A DNA stretch of 18,125 nucleotides, from positions 158,713 to 176,837 of IMG/VR virus record IMGVR_UViG_3300047493_000037, one strand, 5' to 3'. This document shows positions 15,210-18,125 of this stretch, one piece after another. The position numbers and the translations under genes are program-made. Numbering within the stretch: position 1 is the stretch's first letter; each line of letters begins with the position of its first letter. Under the pieces are notes generated by a model. That model searched no databases and was not told where the DNA came from. It saw only the letters and a program-made list of their open reading frames with translations. This DNA comes from a virus. Lineage: Duplodnaviria > Heunggongvirae > Uroviricota > Caudoviricetes.

Positions 15210-15300
15210 TTTAGGCGTACACCACCATCCGCCGGATGTCAGACATGTGCTGACCCATAATTAAGGTATATAACCTCGTATTACTCGTTGGTGATGTATG

Positions 15301-15363
15301 TATATAGTGTCGGGATGGGGCAGGGTAGGCGTAGCAGTGTCAGTAGCCCCAAGGCATGGTGCG
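15301..15363 (-). promoter_or_regulatory. Composite element, copy 4
   Basis: GGCGTAGCAGTGTCAG at 15328-15343 and GCATGGTGCG at 15354. 11-nt spacer. ATCCCGA-CAC-TATATA. Confidence 0.75.
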
Positions 15364-15429
15364 TGCAGACTTGATGCGCAATCTCTGCAGTAGATAGAAC
15401 AGGTTGTATAGTTCAGTTGAGACTGTATT

Positions 15430-15456
15430 GGGAGGGAGACGTTGCATCTCCCTCCC
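15430..15456. terminator. Hairpin downstream of GC-rich paralog 2
   Basis: 10-bp perfect stem GGGAGGGAGA/TCTCCCTCCC, 13 nt after the stop. No U-tract on minus. Confidence 0.55.
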
Positions 15457-15469
15457 TTATACTTATCGA

Positions 15470-15922
15470 TCAGATCAGGTGAGCAAGACCCATCGTGCGC
15501 AGCTGCTCGATCTGCTCAGCAGTGAGTTCCTTCTTGGCGGGCTTGAGCTCGGCAACCCGCTTGTCGATGAAGGCTTGGATCTCGGCCTTCTCGCTCGGAT
15601 CGCTCTTGGTCGCGAGCAGCAACCGCATCGCTTCCACGCTCGCATCCTTCGACCCAGCACGAGACCCAGGATTCTTCGCCTCGTACTTCACGCCACCGTT
15701 GAGTCGCTTGTCCTTGCGCATGTGGTTGTTGACCAGACCCGGGATGTACTTCTTGATCCACTCAGCATCGCGATCGCCGCTCAGCTCGATCTTCCCACCC
15801 TCGAATCCCGCCTGCAAGATGCCGTACACTCGGGCTTTCTGCTCCTTGTCCAGCACGCACGCGCCTTCGAACTCGCCGACCACGTTCACAACTGCCTGAT
15901 AAACCGCATCGCTTTGTTTCAT
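15470..15922 (-). CDS. GC-rich conserved hypothetical protein, paralog 2 (150 aa)
   Basis: AAGGAG RBS. Strong codon bias. Homologous to 10537..11019. Confidence 0.9.
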   Translation of the reverse strand: MKQSDAVYQAVVNVVGEFEGACVLDKEQKARVYGILQAGFEGGKIELSGDRDAEWIKKYIPGLVNNHMRKDKRLNGGVKYEAKNPGSRAGSKDASVEAMRLLLATKSDPSEKAEIQAFIDKRVAELKPAKKELTAEQIEQLRTMGLAHLI

Positions 15923-15990
15923 ATTGCTCCTTAGTTTCAGTGTGTATGTATATCGTGATGAGATGTTGTATGTTCAGAATCAACCAACAG

Positions 15991-16077
15991 TTAGACAGTA
16001 GAATCAGCAACCAACTCGAACTCGCGCATCAACTCAAGTAACTCAGCATCGATGATTTCGATATTGTTTTCATTCAT
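15991..16077 (-). CDS. Possible 28-aa acidic peptide
   Basis: MNENNIEIIDAELLELMREFELVADSTV by manual translation: 8 acidic residues, 1 basic. Confidence 0.35.
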   Translation of the reverse strand: MNENNIEIIDAELLELMREFELVADSTV

Positions 16078-16255
16078 GCATTGTTATAGAGTCAGGATTG
16101 TCCGATGCTATGAGCAAAACAGGGCCCGCTGGCCTTGCCTTACTGAGGCTCCCTTGAGTCGGGACCGGTACCCACGGCCAATGCTTTGTGTACATAGGCT
16201 TTTTCTAATAGGTCAACTCAGGTACTGGTACATTCCTAATAGGTATAAATATAAT

Positions 16256-16441
16256 ATGCAATTCCACACGCATGGCCTTTGCGAAAACTTCCACTTGCGC
16301 CCTTACCTCTCGTCATATGCCTGCATCAAGGGTTTATGCCACTGCTCTTGCCACACCAGCGGCGTTGAGGCTCTCTTTACACTTCTCAACAGCTTATCTA
16401 TTCATCACTCACGTGCTTCATACCCATTCTTAGGTGGCTAA
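16256..16441 (+). CDS. Leu-helix microprotein, Cys/His-rich (61 aa; LFTLLNSLSI)
   Basis: 3' part of ORF-track entry 16052..16441. ATG 16256 follows TATAAA/TATAAT. Start uncertain. Confidence 0.6.
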   Translation: MQFHTHGLCENFHLRPYLSSYACIKGLCHCSCHTSGVEALFTLLNSLSIHHSRASYPFLGG

Positions 16442-16442
16442 C

Positions 16443-16625
16443 ATGAAGCACCTCTATCCTGGCTACAATCAACCTTACGAACTCTTGCCACCCCACGTTG
16501 TGAGTGATGAGGGCGCAATACTACTTCACGAGAATGCCCACCCCACTTGCGCCCTCATCCTCTTCCTCAACAAGCTCTCCCTGATACATCGAACAGTTTG
16601 TCCTGTCGTGGAGGAAGATATATGA
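16443..16625 (+). CDS. Leu-helix microprotein (60 aa; LILFLNKLSL)
   Basis: ORF track. ATG 16443 lies 1 nt after the previous stop. Confidence 0.65.
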   Translation: MKHLYPGYNQPYELLPPHVVSDEGAILLHENAHPTCALILFLNKLSLIHRTVCPVVEEDI

Positions 16626-16771
16626 TGGTTCATTCAAGGGAATGTGCTCGACCTCACCCATGGAATGACTGCTATATTAAGTGCGCTTGTAGATGTCATC
16701 ATCTCTACTACCTCATGCATTTCTTAAGGGTACTCAGAGTTTTATCGCACGACTATAGACCCAACATATGA
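16622..16771 (+). CDS. Leu-helix microprotein, Cys/His-rich (49 aa; LMHFLRVL)
   Basis: ATGA overlaps at both ends. Confidence 0.65.
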   Translation: MMVHSRECARPHPWNDCYIKCACRCHHLYYLMHFLRVLRVLSHDYRPNI

Positions 16772-16959
16772 AATACATGGATAACATTGCTGCTTGTATC
16801 AGCCTGTGTCGCGGCCCCGCTGAGACCGACGCGGAATTGCTTAATCGCATCAAGTATGCTTATAGGTCGAGAGCTTATCCCAAAGAGCTCCCTCTGCTGC
16901 GCCTCCTCTCTAAGCTACAACTTAAGTCCACGCGTTGGCACTTCAGCGAGGTCCCATGA
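16768..16959 (+). CDS. Leu-helix microprotein (63 aa; LLRLLSKLQL)
   Basis: ORF track. ATGA overlaps at both ends. Confidence 0.7.
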   Translation: MKYMDNIAACISLCRGPAETDAELLNRIKYAYRSRAYPKELPLLRLLSKLQLKSTRWHFSEVP

Positions 16960-17111
16960 CTGGACTACTTATAAGACCCAATACCCCAGAGTTTCGCAAG
17001 TTGCTCATATTGCTTCTTAAGGTGCACGCAGTAACCCTACCGTACAACTTAGGCGCAGCTGTTTCCCTGCTTGCCGCTATAGGATATGAGGGCTCTGGTA
17101 TACAGCTATGA
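16956..17111 (+). CDS. Leu-helix microprotein (51 aa; LLILLLKV)
   Basis: Manual translation. ATGA overlaps at both ends. Confidence 0.65.
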   Translation: MTGLLIRPNTPEFRKLLILLLKVHAVTLPYNLGAAVSLLAAIGYEGSGIQL

Positions 17112-17254
17112 CAACATACACTCCAGAACAGTGGGACCACATCTTGCCAATGCTCTATTTGTTATGGACACTTAGAGTGAGGCGTAAGATGTTAAGCATT
17201 CATCGCTACACTGCGCTAGCAGGCAATCGAGTTGAGGTGCGTTGGGTTGGATAA
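17108..17254 (+). CDS. Leu-helix microprotein (48 aa; MLYLLWTLRV)
   Basis: Manual translation. ATGA overlap. Confidence 0.65.
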   Translation: MTTYTPEQWDHILPMLYLLWTLRVRRKMLSIHRYTALAGNRVEVRWVG

Positions 17255-17471
17255 GAATTACATCTACCTTAATAAGCTGTTTCACTCTGCTAATTATGAC
17301 GCCCTCGCTAGGTTGCTTAACTCTTACCCCATTCACGGGGATTACAAGTTGGGTGAGGCGCACATAGCCATCAACATGGCTTCTCACTCGTACGCGTTCA
17401 CGAGCGTTCATCACATTGAGCTGGGCATCTTCTTGCACAAGCTTGGACTAAGAGGTAAGGATGTCGATTAA
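17232..17471 (+). CDS. Leu-helix microprotein (79 aa; LARLLNS and LGIFLHKLGL)
   Basis: ORF track. TTG start is uncertain. Confidence 0.6.
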   Translation: MRCVGLDKNYIYLNKLFHSANYDALARLLNSYPIHGDYKLGEAHIAINMASHSYAFTSVHHIELGIFLHKLGLRGKDVD

Positions 17472-17637
17472 GGTAAGCTTTAATGGAGCTACAATATACA
17501 AGCCAAGTTGTAATAGCTTTAGGTTGTTACCCACTTGCTCTTGTCCATCTATATTTCTAAGTAGCACCGCGCCGCTGGCACACTTAGACCTGTTTCGCTT
17601 GCTTCATGCACTCTTGCATAAAGGTCCGTCCCTGTGA
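17461..17637 (+). CDS. Leu-helix microprotein (58 aa; LFRLLHALL)
   Basis: Manual translation. GAGG/AAGG RBS. GTGA overlap downstream. Confidence 0.65.
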   Translation: MSIKVSFNGATIYKPSCNSFRLLPTCSCPSIFLSSTAPLAHLDLFRLLHALLHKGPSL

Positions 17638-17795
17638 AGTACTTTCTCAAATATGCTAACCCTACCTTCCGCATGGAACATCGGTATAATGCCGTCATAT
17701 CTCTTCTGCATCTTGTGCAGAAGCTACGGGTTGGAGACGATGAGATATTCGGGCGCGTAGGTTCTCTTTTGGTACCAGCAAATTATGATGTTTGA
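17634..17795 (+). CDS. Leu-helix microprotein (53 aa; LLHLVQKLRV)
   Basis: Manual translation. GTG start in a GTGA overlap. Confidence 0.6.
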   Translation: MKYFLKYANPTFRMEHRYNAVISLLHLVQKLRVGDDEIFGRVGSLLVPANYDV

Positions 17796-18125
17796 CGACA
17801 GACGAATTCCGATGCTCATGCTGCTCACTAAGCTCAACGTTGTTGGGATAAGACGCGTTAGCTTCTCCATGATGCAGCTAGTTACATCTAACAAACCAAT
17901 CGAAGAACCACCGTTAAGTATTCCCATGGCAATAATAGGTTTGTCACGCGACTTTGCTCAATGGGTCCCAAAGAATCGTAAGTATGCAGGAGAAGATTGG
18001 GGTGACATGGTAAACGTGGACACAGATATCGACCTTCAAAAAATGAGGTGGAACGTGCTCATGCTTCTTGTGAAGCTAGATTTGTACCCTAGCATACCAT
18101 TGGGTGATGGCATATGGCCAGCTAG
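17785..18125 (+). CDS. Partial protein (>113 aa) with two Leu-helix motifs (MLMLLTKLNV, VLMLLVKLDL)
   Basis: Open frame from ATG 17785 to the window end. It is absent from the ORF track because no stop occurs in the window. Confidence 0.7.
   Translation, partial: MMFDDRRIPMLMLLTKLNVVGIRRVSFSMMQLVTSNKPIEEPPLSIPMAIIGLSRDFAQWVPKNRKYAGEDWGDMVNVDTDIDLQKMRWNVLMLLVKLDLYPSIPLGDGIWPA

Noticed and set aside
3428-15343. The 16-nt repeat as a CRISPR array or attC-type integron site
   Set aside because: Copies are 1-6 kb apart, non-palindromic and occur once per operon rather than once per gene. No cas or integrase gene is visible.
15404-15934. Plus-strand ORFs 15404..15934 and 15495..15899, and alternative minus frames
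   Set aside because: Shadows of GC-rich paralog 2, with no RBS or homology support.

Overview
This window looks like an accessory region of a large, AT-rich tailed-phage genome. That is an inference from dense hypothetical genes, a virion-type Gly-rich fibre protein and a tRNA-like element, with no host housekeeping genes, integrase or CRISPR. Recognisable genes are a fatty-acid hydroxylase/sterol desaturase-family enzyme, a HAD hydrolase, a SWIM zinc-finger protein, a papain-like (C1-like) cysteine peptidase, an 884-aa tail-fibre-like protein and a degenerate tRNA-Ile(UAU). Manual translation below the ORF-track cutoff shows the dominant feature: about 40 tightly overlapped 43-82 aa ORFs in four arrays (2396-3385, 8589-9431, 11092-14226 on minus; 16256 to the window end on plus). 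Nearly all carry one Leu-rich helix (L-x-x-L-L-x-x-L), and a subset is clearly homologous (LCxLLSxLxGT). The three minus-strand arrays each start with the same composite element: a 16-nt box (CTGACACTGCTACGCC), a C-rich spacer, an unusual ATYCCGA-N3-TAnnnn promoter-like motif, then ATG exactly 5 nt later with no Shine-Dalgarno. Two GC-rich paralogous genes of unknown function (10537-11019, 15470-15922) sit among the arrays. All translations and alignments were done by eye and no database searches were run.
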